From Botryllus schlosseri (taxonomy: Eukaryota), in assembly GCA_051294905.1 (NCBI GenBank), contig CM119372.1:5582001-5646000 (forward strand): a stretch of DNA of 64,000 bases, in the 5' to 3' direction. Position 1 is the stretch's first letter, and every line of letters begins with the position of its first letter. A program made the position numbers and the translations under genes. The notes under the pieces were generated by a model. That model was not told where the DNA came from. It saw only the letters and a program-made list of their open reading frames with translations, and made no database searches. This document shows positions 1 to 14,499 of this stretch, one piece after another.

Positions 1-3000
1 TCGTTTTGTAGAATTTCCTAATTGTATTAAGCTGTGTATTATGATATGCGGAATCCGATGCAGCTCCCAAGTATTGCGTATCATATTTTTTGCAGTCTTG
101 ATAGTGCAGGGGTGTTAAAGTTTAGGGATCTGTAAAAAGGCCGCTTTGGCAGAAAAGTTTAAGAACCACGGATGTAGAATGAAGATAACGAGCATCATGC
201 GTCTGCTTTTAATCATAAATTCGCCTTGATCACACGAAATTTGTATCTTGGCGCGCACAATGATTGGAAATCGGCACGGTACCACTTCAGGGAGAGCCCT
301 CTGAGGCTTTTTGACCAAAATGATAAACTGGTACTATATCCTTGCGTTAGTGAGCTACAACATAACTTCCTAATCGTACTATAGTGGATGATTTTGTATT
401 AGCGTTCTGATGCACAACCCCGCATGTGGGTTATACAATATGGGTTGCTTTGTTCATAGTAGCCTAAATGCATTTTCATGTTAATAACTCGGTGCAATAT
501 TCCCTCAATTTTGGCAAAATAAATCCAGTGTTAGCACAGGTCTAAACCACATTTTCAGTTGATTTACTAGTCGTACAAAGCAATGAAAAAGAAACTAATA
601 GGCCTACTATCAACTTACCCGCCTCAACATTGTCAGAGGTGTAGACGCCACCCAGCAAACACCCGATATCCCATGGATTTACTGGTATGTCCTCAATTGT
701 TCCAACTCATCCCACCTCCCACGGTTAGTTACTGAGGACCTGCTCAGTTTGTCACAAACTGGACGTCCAGTTATGTAACTCCAGATGACTTCCAGTGGAA
801 GAAATTTTTAGAATATTCCTGTTCGCGTCACCAATGAATATTCCAGAGGATGTCATAGTAGTATGTCACCTGGATGCCACGTACACAGGAGTTCATCAGG
901 ATGCCCCTACTTGGATATCGCTTTCATGGGGTCCAGCTGGCTTGTTGAAAATGGCATATTATCATTATTATTCCCCATGTGGGATGCACAATGCACATAT
1001 CGCGGACGAAATCGTAAGACATATAGGCTTATAGCCATTTATCAGTGTACTGGTTTTATGAAAATATATCGCAATCCTGCGTTGTATTGATTTGAATAAA
1101 TTGTTAATAAGCTGAATTATAAAGAGGCATATAGCTGGACCCATAAGCGTGCACAACTGCACAATTGTGCAGTGTGCACATCATGGCGAGATACGTGTTC
1201 TGAATATATATCCCGATATAGCGAAATACTGGAACAAATGTGCGCATCAATGTGAAATTGTGATGCAAGTGGCGGTATCACAACGCGATTCACTAAGGAT
1301 GATACGCCATGACTATTTGTAGCACACAGCACGTCTCTACAATCGCGACCCTATCGTGAAAACCAGACAGACATCTTCAAACCAGACAGCCTTCTTCCTT
1401 CTCCGTCACGTGTTACCTGCGCAGTCTAGCGCGACGGCGCGTGCATCTGACATTTGAATCTGAGTTGATATCTGTGTGACTGATGCGACGAGGTTCTTAG
1501 AGATAATGGACGCAGACAAAACAGTCATTGATTTGATTGAGAATCTGTACGAAGCAAAAACAGAAGAGTTGCTGTCTGTGTTTAGTGTTTGTTGATTCAG
1601 AAACTCTACCTGAACCGCTCCAACAGAGAAACAGTTTGAAATGGTAAGAGTTTTAATCTTTAGAATGATGCGTAATAGCGTAAATAGACCTAGCTATACC
1701 GTATACATTTCTTGTGAGCGTGATTTAGCTTCTCCTTTTTCGTTGATAGTTAGTGTTCAATATCGATATATGGTAGAACATTAAATTGTTTGCTGCGCCT
1801 CATTATTTCTTCGAATGCAGATACGCCATAGGCCTACTGTGAAGTGTGAATACGAATATGTTTGAAACGCCATAAACACCGATTTGCTGATTCATTCCAA
1901 TAGCAATGCTTTGCTGGTCGGTAGACTGAATGTTCCTCAAGATATTGATAAAAATATCTTGTGTATTTGCGTGGTCATATAGTAATTTATGTAATGAGGC
2001 AATTATATATTGCTTGATCACTGGCTAACTCTATGAATTATACTAGTTTGATAGCGCTTATTACTGGTTGCCGCCATTGTGGATTGTTCCCAATTTACAA
2101 CTCTTGTTGAACTTGAAAGTATTCTGCTGACTTTTCCTTTGAAAACCTTATAAAATGAGTACATTTACTGAATAGTATGTCTCATATACAACCTCTATGA
2201 GTAATTGAGTATGAACAAGTGCAAGTTATATACTTTGATAGGATACCATAATTGATTAATATCAAGTTCATTGTTGATGACTATGCACCTTTGTTGTACA
2301 TGAAACGCTCTTGCCGTGGCCAAATTCACCCTGTATATACAGCCGCACCGGTGTAAATTGTCCAGTAACATCAACGGCAAGGTAACTGATGTGATATACA
2401 AGCATATTGTTTGAACGTGATAGAAGGCATTGTTTTAAAATTGGGTTGAACCCCTCTGCAAGGTAAGGAAATGCATGTGCCGCAATCAAACCCTCAACTC
2501 AGAGCCGCGGTTTGGCCTATATTGCCCAGCAAATCGCGGCTATCAGAATGAATTATCGAATAACCATTGATGATGTAATCATATTCCGGGTGTTTCACAG
2601 TAGCCAATATTCTCGCCAACAATAACCTTATAAATGATTAGTGTGTAAATGTACTATTGGCAGCATGCTTGCACCCACATCGGTTTGATTTTGTTTCGCG
2701 TACTGTCAGATGACTTCAATACAACCATTCTGATTATTTCAATTTCTTAGATATCAGCAATATCTGCCATTTGTGATGACCAAGTCAAGCCGACTGTACG
2801 AAGAATGCATTATAGAGTGCGCAGTGTACCGTCAACATAATGAAGTACTAAACTACAGCATCGGTTTCAACTCGATAGAAAAGAGCACGGAACAAGTGGT
2901 GCATGTATATTATAATTTTCTTTTCTGGGAGTTGCATGGTAATCCTACCTATCATATCCGAAAATCAATGTTCAAAATCAGAATCTATTCTCAGGCACCG

Positions 3001-6000
3001 GGTTTGAAATCATCAACAATGTCAAGTGTTGCGCCATACCCCGGTATCAAAGTTGGATAGCCTAGCAAACGAAGGTAACATAAATACTTGGATACAATTT
3101 GCTAAAACCGAAGGTGGTTGAAGAATTTTTGGTTGGTACTCAATCAGTCATAGCGTCATACATTCCTGCTCAAGTTCAAGTAGCAGTAGTGACCGAGTGT
3201 TCAAGTAGAAGTAGAGAATCAAGTTCTGAAAATTGCACGAGTATCAAGAAGTGGATTACCCCGAATTGTCGAATTCTTTAGAGTGTAATCGTAAGTGACC
3301 AATGACCATTTCCGAATATAGGTATAGTCAAGGTGAAAGTATATCAGTATTGGTACTCCAGTAGCACTAGAAGCAACATCCTAAATTTCTGCTCCAGCGT
3401 ACGCAGCAGTTTACAAGCAATGGTAAAACTACAAGCGGAAATAAAATTGGAACCCAAGTAAAGCATCAAATTTCTAATCACGTGTACCTAGAGATCTATA
3501 AGGCATGTAAAAACTGCTTTTAGTGCAAGCAGAAATGGAGTTAAAAGAACTCAAGTAATTTGTTTGATCAGAGTAGATTTGGTCTACGTCAGAAGTGGCC
3601 AACCCCTCGCTCGCGAGAAGGTTTTCAGTGTCCCGCGAGTTAATTTTCGAATTTGGTTGTAATATCAATAAATAAAATAGGCAGGTAACTTATTGTGAGC
3701 TTGCAAGATCAACCAAAAATATGATAAGCCTGACCGCGAACTTTATGATGTTGATGACGAAAATATACGTTCCGACTCATTGGCGGAGGCAAGGGCCATC
3801 CACATTTTCGTATATGAACATGAAGTAGAATATTTCGTCGCAGATTTATTTGACTTGATATTTTTCTTGACACTTCGTGCGATTCATTGTCGCTCGATTT
3901 CTAGCTTTTCTAGTATTGTTTCCCTCTCATGAAAATTAAATATGCGCCCATTCTACAAAAGTGAGCCTAACTATATTCGCAATTATGTGAGAACGTATTG
4001 TCCTACATGCGACTTCGCGCCTGTACTCGCAGAAAGATAGTCGTTGATGAAACCTTTGCGCAAAATGATAGACAGATGTTCACTGTAATCTTTGTTATTG
4101 ATATATATACAAGCCCCGATTATTCATGTCCTGGTCAATGGAGCCCAGCTGTATACAGAGGCGACCCACAATATATGCAACATTATTATTGCCCGAATTC
4201 ATTCATTAACATTGATAAAATTTCGCTCTTGGCCCGGCTAGGACTTGTACACAGTGTTTTCATGACATGTTCGTTATCGAATTTGATGCATAGTAATATT
4301 AATATATGTCCTGTTTATACCATTACCTAATCCTGTTCGCTCCTATCGGACGATTAGAAAAAGGACATCAACGTTAAAGTGGCCCATGCAGTTGTTTGTA
4401 AATCTCATGTGGCCCTTTGGCCGAAAAGTTCGGCCACTCCTGATCTAGGTGTTGCATTATCATAGCATGTAATTGTAAATGACTGTTTTCAAATAGGCTA
4501 CATGTTATCAAAGTAGTGTTGTTACCCAAGTAGAAGTAGAGGTGACATCATAAATATCTTTCGATTTACAAGACATGATAAGACTACTCCAAGTGGAAAT
4601 AGAAAATGAACTTGAAAATTAGTCGAGTAAGTCGTTCAAAGAAGTAGATCTGGTCTTGGTGTCGCTTTCTTTTAGCATATATAATTGTTTCCAACCAGGA
4701 TGCTGTGTATTCTGGCATTACGATGCTATGATGCATTATTTCTTGTAATCCATGTACGCCATATACCAAACTAATCCGCAAATCAATGAAAAGGTAATCA
4801 CTTCTCCGCGGCCTGCTGCAAAGTCCATTCATCTGCAACACAAGTGGACTACGAGGAAGCAGTGAATTCTTTGTTACGTCATGCCCCGGAAAAAGTCAAA
4901 AAGCCGCAATTGAAGGTATCAATCAGTTAAGCTCATATGAAACCGGGGAGGGGTCAAAGTAGTCGGTGTCCGTACCCAAGTAGAAGTAATGTCACAGATT
5001 CCCTCCCAAGCATAAGTAGCAATTTACAAGGTAAAGTCGTGTCCGCTGAATTCGGAGACCGTGTAACCGCTTTATTCGGCCAAAAATGCTTGTACAGGAA
5101 AGAAGTAAAATTGCATTTAAAATATTCCGGCCGTTTAATGCGGACAACACAGATTCTGTGGTTAATTCGGCCAAAGTGGGCGGAACCACACTGAATAAAG
5201 TAGAGTCGACTGTATATCAAAACTGTACTGAAAGTATGAGTAGCGATTTACCGGGTATGTCATACCTATTTCAAGTGGAAGTTAACAAGTACTCTGTAGT
5301 TTGATGGAAGTTGATTTGGGCGTAATATCGCATTCATTAAATATGAAACGCATTGGCGACAAACTCGTCTGATGTCGCAGGCCGGACTCAAAAGCTTCAG
5401 ATCGCTCGCGGGCCCCACCAATGGAGTGATTCCAAACTATTACCTGAAAATCCGTGTCATGGTTTTTCATTTGAAACTTGATTATCAAGCCTTTCAACAC
5501 AGTAGTGTAATAGATGAATTATATTTCGGATCATATGGGTTCTATTCTAGTTGCACCTATATTAGCAAACAACGAAATTGTCAATAATATGGTGATTAAG
5601 CGGCAGAATACAGTTGAAAATCAATGGAACAGTAGATCTTCTAATATGATGTCGGCAAGCCGGTATTTTTCTATGCTACCGATGTTTTACTCGAACATGG
5701 CGGCAAACCTGGGTATGTGTTGAGGTAAACAAAGTATTTAATTGTATATACGGACGTTGGAATTTTCTTCATCGTCTTAGAAAGCGATTTAGGTTTCCCT
5801 CGAGGCCGGGTACCATTTGAGTCTTTTGTGATGCACTAGTGCGACCACAGATATTGTAATTATATTTTTGTGAAACTATTGTATTCACCATGTAACTTGC
5901 ATGTATCAGTTCCGTATTGGCGTTTTTGCTTCTGTTTTGGGGAATTTTTCCATAGAACTCGGAACACAATAAGCAATTTTCTTCGTACTCGACATTTGCA

Positions 6001-9000
6001 GAGTTGAGGGATTATTTAATGGAATTGTTTCTTATGAAAATTTCAAACATTAGAAAAGTGCTGCATAATACACGCATTGTTCAATCTACACAGAATTGCT
6101 GGGCGGTCTGTATCTTTGACACCCCTGATGTAATGGAATGTGGCTTCTTTCGAACATGGGTTGGTTAGTTGAAGTTAAAGTAGTCAGTACTCTCAAGTAA
6201 TACATCATTTCTATTGAAGTATATGTAGTGGTTTACAGGACATGTTAAACCTACCTCGAGGAACCAGTTAGTGTGATGTCGTAAACTTGGTCGAGGTGTC
6301 GGTAGATTTTAGCATATAACTGTTAGTGGCGATTAACAAATTGAAGTGTTCAACATTGGGACTATAGTGGAAGTAGAAGTAACTTGGAGTAGTTTTAACA
6401 TACTTCGTAAATCACAGCCTACTCCAGTATAAATTGAAGTTGAAAGGTACTCGAGTGGTTTGAAAATAGTGGATTTGGTTGTAATGTTCCATTCTTTTAC
6501 CATGTAATGGTTCGAACATGTGTAGCCGAAGTAGAAGTGGTCGTTTTTGGTAGTCAAGCTGAAGTAAGAAGTAACATCATAAATTTCTATTGAAGTAGAA
6601 GTAGCGATTTTCAAGATATGTCAATTATTTCAAGTGGAAGTAGAAATATAAGTTGATAAGTACTCGAGTAGTTTGAAAAAGTAGTCTTCGTCGAAAAGGA
6701 GTAGTTAGTTCTCGAGTAGACTTCTAAGTAACGTGAATCTGTAGTGAAGTATAAGTAGCGCTTTCCAAGGCGTTGTTTAACTACTTCGAGGGGAAGCAGG
6801 CAACGTAAAGAATTCACTGACATTGCTGTATATATTTCAGGCACAAGCGCCGAGAAGAAGCGTTTTGGTGCAACAACTTCTGATTGCCAAAGAAAAAGAA
6901 TAGGCACTCAACATCAGCAAACAGTGCTTTGATTTAATTCTTGCATTGTGACTTTTTACTGAACCCGTTTTGTCATGCTCGTTTCAAATTGTTGCTGTTT
7001 CTTTAGTCTTGTGATACCATTCTATTTAACTCTATTTGATATTCATTCAATCAATGTTTTTTTTTTTCGCATAGACTGTTCCATTAGCTTCGAGTTGTCC
7101 TAGCAGTTGCTGTGTCTTATATTCCTGTGACACCTTTTTATGTACTTTAGCTAATGACAAACAGTCCAAGTAAAAAAGCATTGAGTGGTTTTAGCAGCTG
7201 CTGTTTATTAAACCCCTGTGACACATTTTCTGTGATTACTTGTTGCAATATGATTTTTCACTTCAGCCTTGACTGTGTTAAGTGGTAGTAGTTCTCGCCT
7301 TTCACATTTTGTGTGTTCGGTAATAGTAGTATCCCAGCAAACACCCGATGTCCAGTTGACTTCCTGCGGAAAAGACGCAGGACGCCCAGTGTTACTTCCC
7401 TGGAGTGGATTTGTCGACTACTAGAAGCGTCCTAAACACTTCCTGAGTTGGTCTACTATGGACGTGAAGCGACTCCATATGGACTCATTAAATCTGCTGT
7501 GAACGTGACATGACTCCCTATGGATGCGTCAGACCTACTGTGGACGCGACGTGACTCCCTATGGATATGTCATTTACCACCTGTTCTATTCCTCAGGATT
7601 ACCATATCAGGACTCCCCTCCTAACCTGGTGCAATTACATGGAATTCAACATCATATAAACTAACGAACTGTTTATATTGGGTTACTGTAAAACGACAAT
7701 TGCAAAATACAAGTACAACATTAACTAATGAACTAGTACTGGTAAACAAAGTTCAGGCTTACGTGAAAAATCGATCAGGAAGTCACTACGAATAAATGTG
7801 TCAGTGGGAATTTGCATGTAACAGCAAGTTCTAAGTCAATTTTATATTACCATTACAAACATTTCAACTGAAGTGCATCATGAAATTAGAAATAAACGTG
7901 TCACATGACTTTGAAAAAGTACAACTGCTAATACAACTAAAACAGGGAAAAGCATGGAGCAATTATAAGTAAAATTTACATTGCATATTATAAAACGATG
8001 CATTATTTGCACCGCATCATGTTAAGAGCGCGAGTGCGTATTCGCAATAAACTTGGTTGCAACAACAGTTTTCTTCTTGGTCTCTGTTTTGCCTGAAACA
8101 TATACAACAATGTCAGCAAATCATTTGTAGAGCCACTCTGCTGACATAGCACATGAAATTTGCGTCAGAGCTGCTCTAATTTCTAACCCCTCATGCATTA
8201 ATTGTGATCCGCTACTTCTACTTGTGCTGAGTGATAATTTATGACGATACTACAATGTCTACTCGAGTACGGGAGCTTCTGACGTTGTGATACAGAGTTT
8301 GAAACCCGTCAATCAAATTATATTGTGGAAACACCTCAAGTACATACTTCAGTACTATCCAGAACTTCTACTTTACCTAAAATAGTTTTGATAAGCCATG
8401 TATATCGCTGCTTGAGTGCTTGAACCCGAGTAGAAATACATTGCGTTACTCTTACTTGTACTAGACTACTGACGCTACAAATATTTCTAATTGAGTGCTG
8501 GACATGATTGCTTTCCTTATCTCTGTTTAAAAGCATACAACTACGACATTCCTCAAGTCTCCATATTTTGACCATGTCGACACTTGGAAGTAGTTTGATG
8601 TCTTGTAAATCGCTATTTATACTATTTAGTACGGTACTAACGGTGAATACTTTGACCACCTTTATTTGGAACTTCCCAGCAAACACATAATTGCCTAGGG
8701 CTATCCAAGCAGTGTCCGAGTGTCCCAGTGTCCGGTTGGACAGACGTGGGCTAATACTTGGCTATCCACGTTGGAAAATGTCCGGTTCGGATATCCTAGG
8801 ACATACATACAGAAAATCATTTCGGATAGTCCACTAAAAGTCCCAATTCAATTTCCAATGGACATCATAATCTGACAGTGTGCGGATATTTTCATGTTGC
8901 ATCAGCTAAAAAGTCAACCACTCAAGTTCTTGCTGATAAGGGCACATATTTCATCCTTTCAAAATGTTTCAAGAGTACAGTTCGAAAGAAAATCGCACGT

Positions 9001-10897
9001 TTACACACCGATATTCGGGATAGTCCACTGAAAGCGCGAATCAGAATTCCAATGGATATCATATTCGGACAGTGTGAGGATAGCTCCATTTCGTTTCAGC
9101 TATAAAGTCAACCTCTCATTAACTCCCGACGCTGATATGCACAAATTGCACACATTCAGTATTTCAAAATATTTCAATAGAATTTGAAGGAAAATCGTCA
9201 CTGGACGTGATTCTTCATAGCGACGTCACGTAACCGGATTATGCATGCTGGCATTGAACGGTCAATATTCACTGTCGGGCCTACATTTCAACCTTTTAAA
9301 CATTGCCATTTCTGTGCCCTTTTAGCTATCGTGTTACTGTTTGTTCCTGCGGTGAACATTCGCAATTCCGAAAGATGTTACGAACTTTTCGCGTGCGTCA
9401 TGCCGTGAGATGTTTAGCGTTTTTCACTTGAATGCGTTCAATGGGTCGGCAGAAATGGCGACTGCGCACAGTGAATCTGACTTGATCGCCATATAATTTA
9501 CAGGGATTATATGCTGGTATATTGAATAGTTAATGGTATACTCTATTATCGACTTCGATAATGGTACATTCTCTTTCGTACTTTTATTTCGAGCATGTAA
9601 TAAACTTTACAATTTGACAATTACAATTGTTGTACCTCAGAATGTTTTACCGATGTTATATAGATAAGTGATGTTACCTCACTGAATACCACTCAACGAT
9701 TGACGAGCTTTCCTCGTGCGTCGCGCCATGCCTGAAGTGAATGAGATCATTAGCCTTTTTCATCCATATGCGCAGTGGCGCATTGCGCAGCGAGCCCAGT
9801 TCACGTGATTCAAATTTTCGTCTGGGAAGTTTGAACCGTGATTCTTTGAAGTGAATTGTTGTCAGCGGCGAGAAGCATTTTCGACATTTGCTGTGTGCCA
9901 CTTAGCTCGGTGATTACCTAACCATAACCACTGGTTGTAGCAGTGTAGTCAGTCAATGATAATGATACGGTTATAGTCAGAAGTGGCGTATGTGCACAAC
10001 GAAAATGCGCTTGGTTATTGAATCCCTCTATATAGTATTAAAGAGCTATTATGACGGATGTTCGGTATAGGTAGGTAGGTAGGTTTAGAGTTGATACTGT
10101 TATAGTACGTCCTTTTATTGTAACCAAACCTGATTTCTTGATCAACATAAGGTAAGAGTTACTGTTTTGTGATTTATGACTGGAAATGGATTGGAAGGTA
10201 CAGAAACATTTGACTGACCGCAAGCTATCAGAATTTTTGAATTAGACCCGTAACCCAAATTGAGTGATAGACATCCCTACTCAAGAGTCGTGGTTGCTGG
10301 TATTTCAATCATGATATTAATGCTTGGCTTCCAAATTGTATTATTGAAGTACCGATATTCAATTCTACCCAGCCCTATATATATATGGTTTGAGTACTAT
10401 ATTGCAATACTAACTTGGATAGCTCGGCATCGGATGCGGGGAAAAGACGACGGATACGAAGATCTACCAAATATGATTCCGATTCAAGGTCTGATTCGGG
10501 TGGTCACGAGAAGATTCAAAGAAAACGCACATGTTCCACTGATACCAGTGATACTGATCTTGCTGAAGCTCAGGCGAAACAGTTCGAAAAGAAATCTCAG
10601 CATCTTGAAGAAAAATGAAGGAAGAAATCTGCCAGTAATGTCGTGATTTTACGGACAGTGCATCACCAATTTACCAAATGCAGGTTAGAGCTTAATTCCT
10701 CCATGTGGTATCAAAACAGCAAGAAATCTGCAGTTATGACCGTTTGATTTGTAAAAAATTATTTAACTCTTATATATAGTCTAGAAAGCTGAGCTGGGTA
10801 CCGTATGTAAGTTATGAATTATTTGAAATTTTTTATGCTCAGCTCATGCAATGATGACTGTAGAAACTTCCAATTTGATAACTCAACATTAATGTTA

Positions 10898-12874
10898 GAG
10901 CAGGCGACCAGAACGAACAATTTAATTACACGGGTCTCAATCGAAAGCTACTTTCGCACTGACTCCGAAAAATGAAATTAAAATCTGGTCCGGGCACTGT
11001 AACGCCCCGGAAACCGCCCTCGAAGGGTCAAAGTCGGTATTGTTTCTATCAATGGTAACGTCGGTAGACAATGACCGTTCAATGTCTCGTACTGATCGTG
11101 ACATCATTGGGCGCTCTGGCGAAGTCGCTTGCCGTGTTCCCCGTGATTCTCAGACTCAGAGTATTGCGCGTCGTATCAATCGCTGTAGCGCGAATAAGTC
11201 GTAATGTGAATAGTTTGTGTATTTTATGCGTCGTCGCGCATTCAAAAATTTGTATAAATATAAATTATAGCACAAAAGCCTGAACATATACCATATCGTA
11301 GAATTTGCTATCAACACGTATTTCTTGGTACGCAACAGGCCGATCTACAAAACAGTTTGTTCCATTGGGCACAGCGGTTCATGAATTTCATTGTAATATA
11401 TATTCAGCACGACTTTGCCAAGGCGCTCAATGATGTCACAATCAGTTCTAGACATTTGATTTGTCATTGTCTACTGCCGCTACCTTTGTTAGGAACAATG
11501 CCGATTTCGGATTTTAAAGGCAATTTTCGGGGGGTTTTAGTGCCCGGACAAGATTTTAATTTATATTTTCTGAATCAGTGCGAAAGTAGCTTTATATTGA
11601 GACTAGGGTTGGGACTTCGGGATCAAATTTGAAATCCCGGGATCGGGATTTTCCCGGGATTCTCGCTTCTCAATCCCGGGATTTCCCGGGATTGGAAAAG
11701 TATTAAAATACACATACAAGCTACACAATAGGGCTGTTCAAAAATAACCTTTTTTCCTGAATCTTGCCGGGTACGTTTTAAAATCGTTAAGTTGCCTTAA
11801 AAAACGACGCACACCAAATTGGAATTCATTCCAACCAATATTCGCGGGTTTCGTAGAGTTTGAAAATTTTGAATTTGCCCAAAAACGCCAAAAATTTATT
11901 TTTCAAATTTTTCTGCCAACCCCATGCAATTGTTGGCCTGTCTTCAAAAACTATGCAAAACAAATTTGACTCAATTACAAGCCGTAGAAGCGGAGTTGTT
12001 TCAGTTTTTATTCGATAATTCTGGTATTATCCTTGATCTGTGTATAACCCAAGAATTATCATCGAAAGAGGTTTATAGTTAGCGATACAGCGCCTTCTTG
12101 CGTGTATAATAACTCTATATTCGTTCATCAGTTCAATATCAATGACCACTCCATCAGTATTTCAGACAGCTAGCAAAATGCAATGACGTTATCATGCTTC
12201 ATACTTCGAAAAAGCAACTTGACTTGAATTGTGACTTGACTCGTGACTTGACTTGGCTTAACTTGACTCGACTTGACTCGAGTCACCTCCAAAAATCGAG
12301 TTGACTTGACTCAAGTCACCTTTGAAAATCGATTGACTTGACTTGACTCGAGTCGAAATGTGAAATGACGCGTGACTCGAAGGTATTGACTTGATCTCAA
12401 CACCGTTAGACACCATATACTAGACGACAATTGCATCTTATCAACGTAAAAACTCTTGCGCCAAAAGATCGCAGCCATCGGACATATGACACGTGAGAGC
12501 GATTCGGGTGTTTGGAGTGGTTTTACGTTGTCAAATCCGAAATAAGAAATTTCCAAGTAAATATTGGCGAAACTTGAAATTTCAAAATGCTGAAGCTGTG
12601 ACGCAGGCTGCAGAAAATGTTCTCGCGGGCCGCATGTTTGAGACCACTGTTTTAGACAATCAGCCGAGTTTGTGACACTGCATTATTACCAAAATAAGAG
12701 ATATGGCGCTACGTAATCCTTGGTAGATGCTGTTTACAAATCCCGGGATTTCATCGGGATTGATCCCGGGATCGGGATTGCTTCAAATCCCGGGATCCCG
12801 GGATCGGGATTTCCCGGGGTCCCAACGCTAATTGAGACCTGTTTTATTAAATTTTGCGCTCTGTTCGCCAGCTA
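10898..12874. mobile_element. MITE with ~100-bp TIRs, right TIR split by a hAT insertion
   Basis: 10898-11000 is the reverse complement of 11540-11603 joined to 12839-12874. Flanked by TA on both sides. Confidence 0.7.
11604..12830. mobile_element. hAT-like non-autonomous element with CCCGGGAT subterminal repeats
   Basis: TIR TAGGGTTGGGAC...GTCCCAACGCTA, 8-bp TSD ATTGAGAC. Contains fragments of other MITEs, including a GAGTCAAGTC-family piece at about 12060-12403. Confidence 0.85.
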
Positions 12875-13396
12875 TAAGATTACCATTATTTGACTGCGTT
12901 TAATCAACCCATGCCCGTTTTTGCGTGTTTGAGGTGCCACTGACTGTTATTTATCTGTTCAGATGCGTTGTCTCAGCAAGTAGCCCTTCCTACAGAGAGT
13001 CGTCTAGGTTCATTCTGCTGGGAATTTCCTACTGGAAATGGTGAGTATCTGGTATATTTAATTGATTAGCGCTGAGTTTCCCAATATAGTGGCAACTGAT
13101 AAAGTTGGGCAGAACTGGGAAGAAAGCTCTGTGTGCACTGAGTTTATACAAGATATTATATATCGTAGGTTGAACTAGTTGTCGTCTCTATAAATTGTTT
13201 ACTATCATCTTCCTGTTTAGGTGCTTGTTGCAGTATTCCTACGACTGTTCCGGAAAAGGACTACGAGATTGAAGTCAGATCTGTGTTGCGCCATGCACCA
13301 TCCAAAAACAGAAATCAGCAATACGAGGTAGATGCAATATTGATTGTCTAAATATATTGCGCAGAGGGGATAATGGTTATATTGCGTAACCATACT

Positions 13397-14499
13397 CATA
13401 GGCGCCGACTTTTATTTCTACATAGGGTGACCAGATGAAACAAGGGAGGGGTTTGAAATTTCTTCAAATTTACCAAGTTAGCATCATTTATTACGGTTAA
13501 GTACATGCATCTTCTGATGTTTCAGTATTAGCGCTAATCAATTACGTTCGTTCGCGTCTGTTCGTGACCAATTGCGCAGATTCAGGTTTATTCAATTTGA
13601 CGCTGTCAGTCTTAAGCCAGTATAACATAACAATCAAATAAGTAGAGATAGCAGGTAAATCATATGATGCCTGTAGCAGACGCTATAGTTTAGGCCAGCG
13701 ATGTTATCACATGCGCCAGTCCTGCTGTAGACTCGATAGTTCAGGCTGGTAACGATATCAGGCATAGCCTGGTGGCGCACGTGATATTTCATGCCAGCGA
13801 TTATAGCGTGCATGCGGACGCGCTAAATGGTTTGAAATTCGATCCGCGATATGGTTGAGCTCGAGTCCGTCCAGCAATGAAGTTTATTGTATTGGAAAAT
13901 GGAAGGTTCCCGTTCGAACTAATCGAATAAATTCAGAATTTACGCCACAGAAAACCTCGTGTTGCATCACTATTTGACAACGTAATTCAACGCCGTGCAC
14001 TGCACAATGCGCAGTATTATTAACGAATCAAACACCGACAAGTGACATCGAGGAAATGCGAGTGTATAAACCAGACAAGAATTAGTAGCCTACAGATGAT
14101 AGCAGACGAAAAAGCACGCATCCGAGGCCTACGATACGAATATTGTAGGCCTCGCCTGGCGCATCTAATCAGTAATTCACCAACTTGAATACAGCACAAT
14201 GGGTCGGAACCTAGTCTGACAACACGACAAATGCATGTCGAAATCCTGGGTTACAATTTATTGGGGCGTTTCAAGCATTAGTTTGTCGCCGCCTAGGAAG
14301 CTGCGTATTCAATTATTTGCGTGTGTATCGGTTAATGGTAAATAGTTGGCATTTACGCGATATCCCGGACTTGCTCATTGACAGCGCTGATGTCGTATCG
14401 AAATGACTAGACAATAGAGATATACAAAAATTTGAAATCGCAGACGGCGGGCGTTTCAGCATATTGAATGGGGTGCCACCCCGTAACTCGGCGCCTATG
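13397..14499. mobile_element. hAT-like non-autonomous element
   Basis: TIR CATAGGCGCCGA...TCGGCGCCTATG. The left flank ACCATACT recurs 6 nt after the right end. Confidence 0.7.

Noticed and set aside
1149..1179. 31-bp near-perfect palindrome GTGCACAACTGCACAATTGTGCAGTGTGCAC
   Set aside because: Isolated, inside a transposon, with no supporting context.
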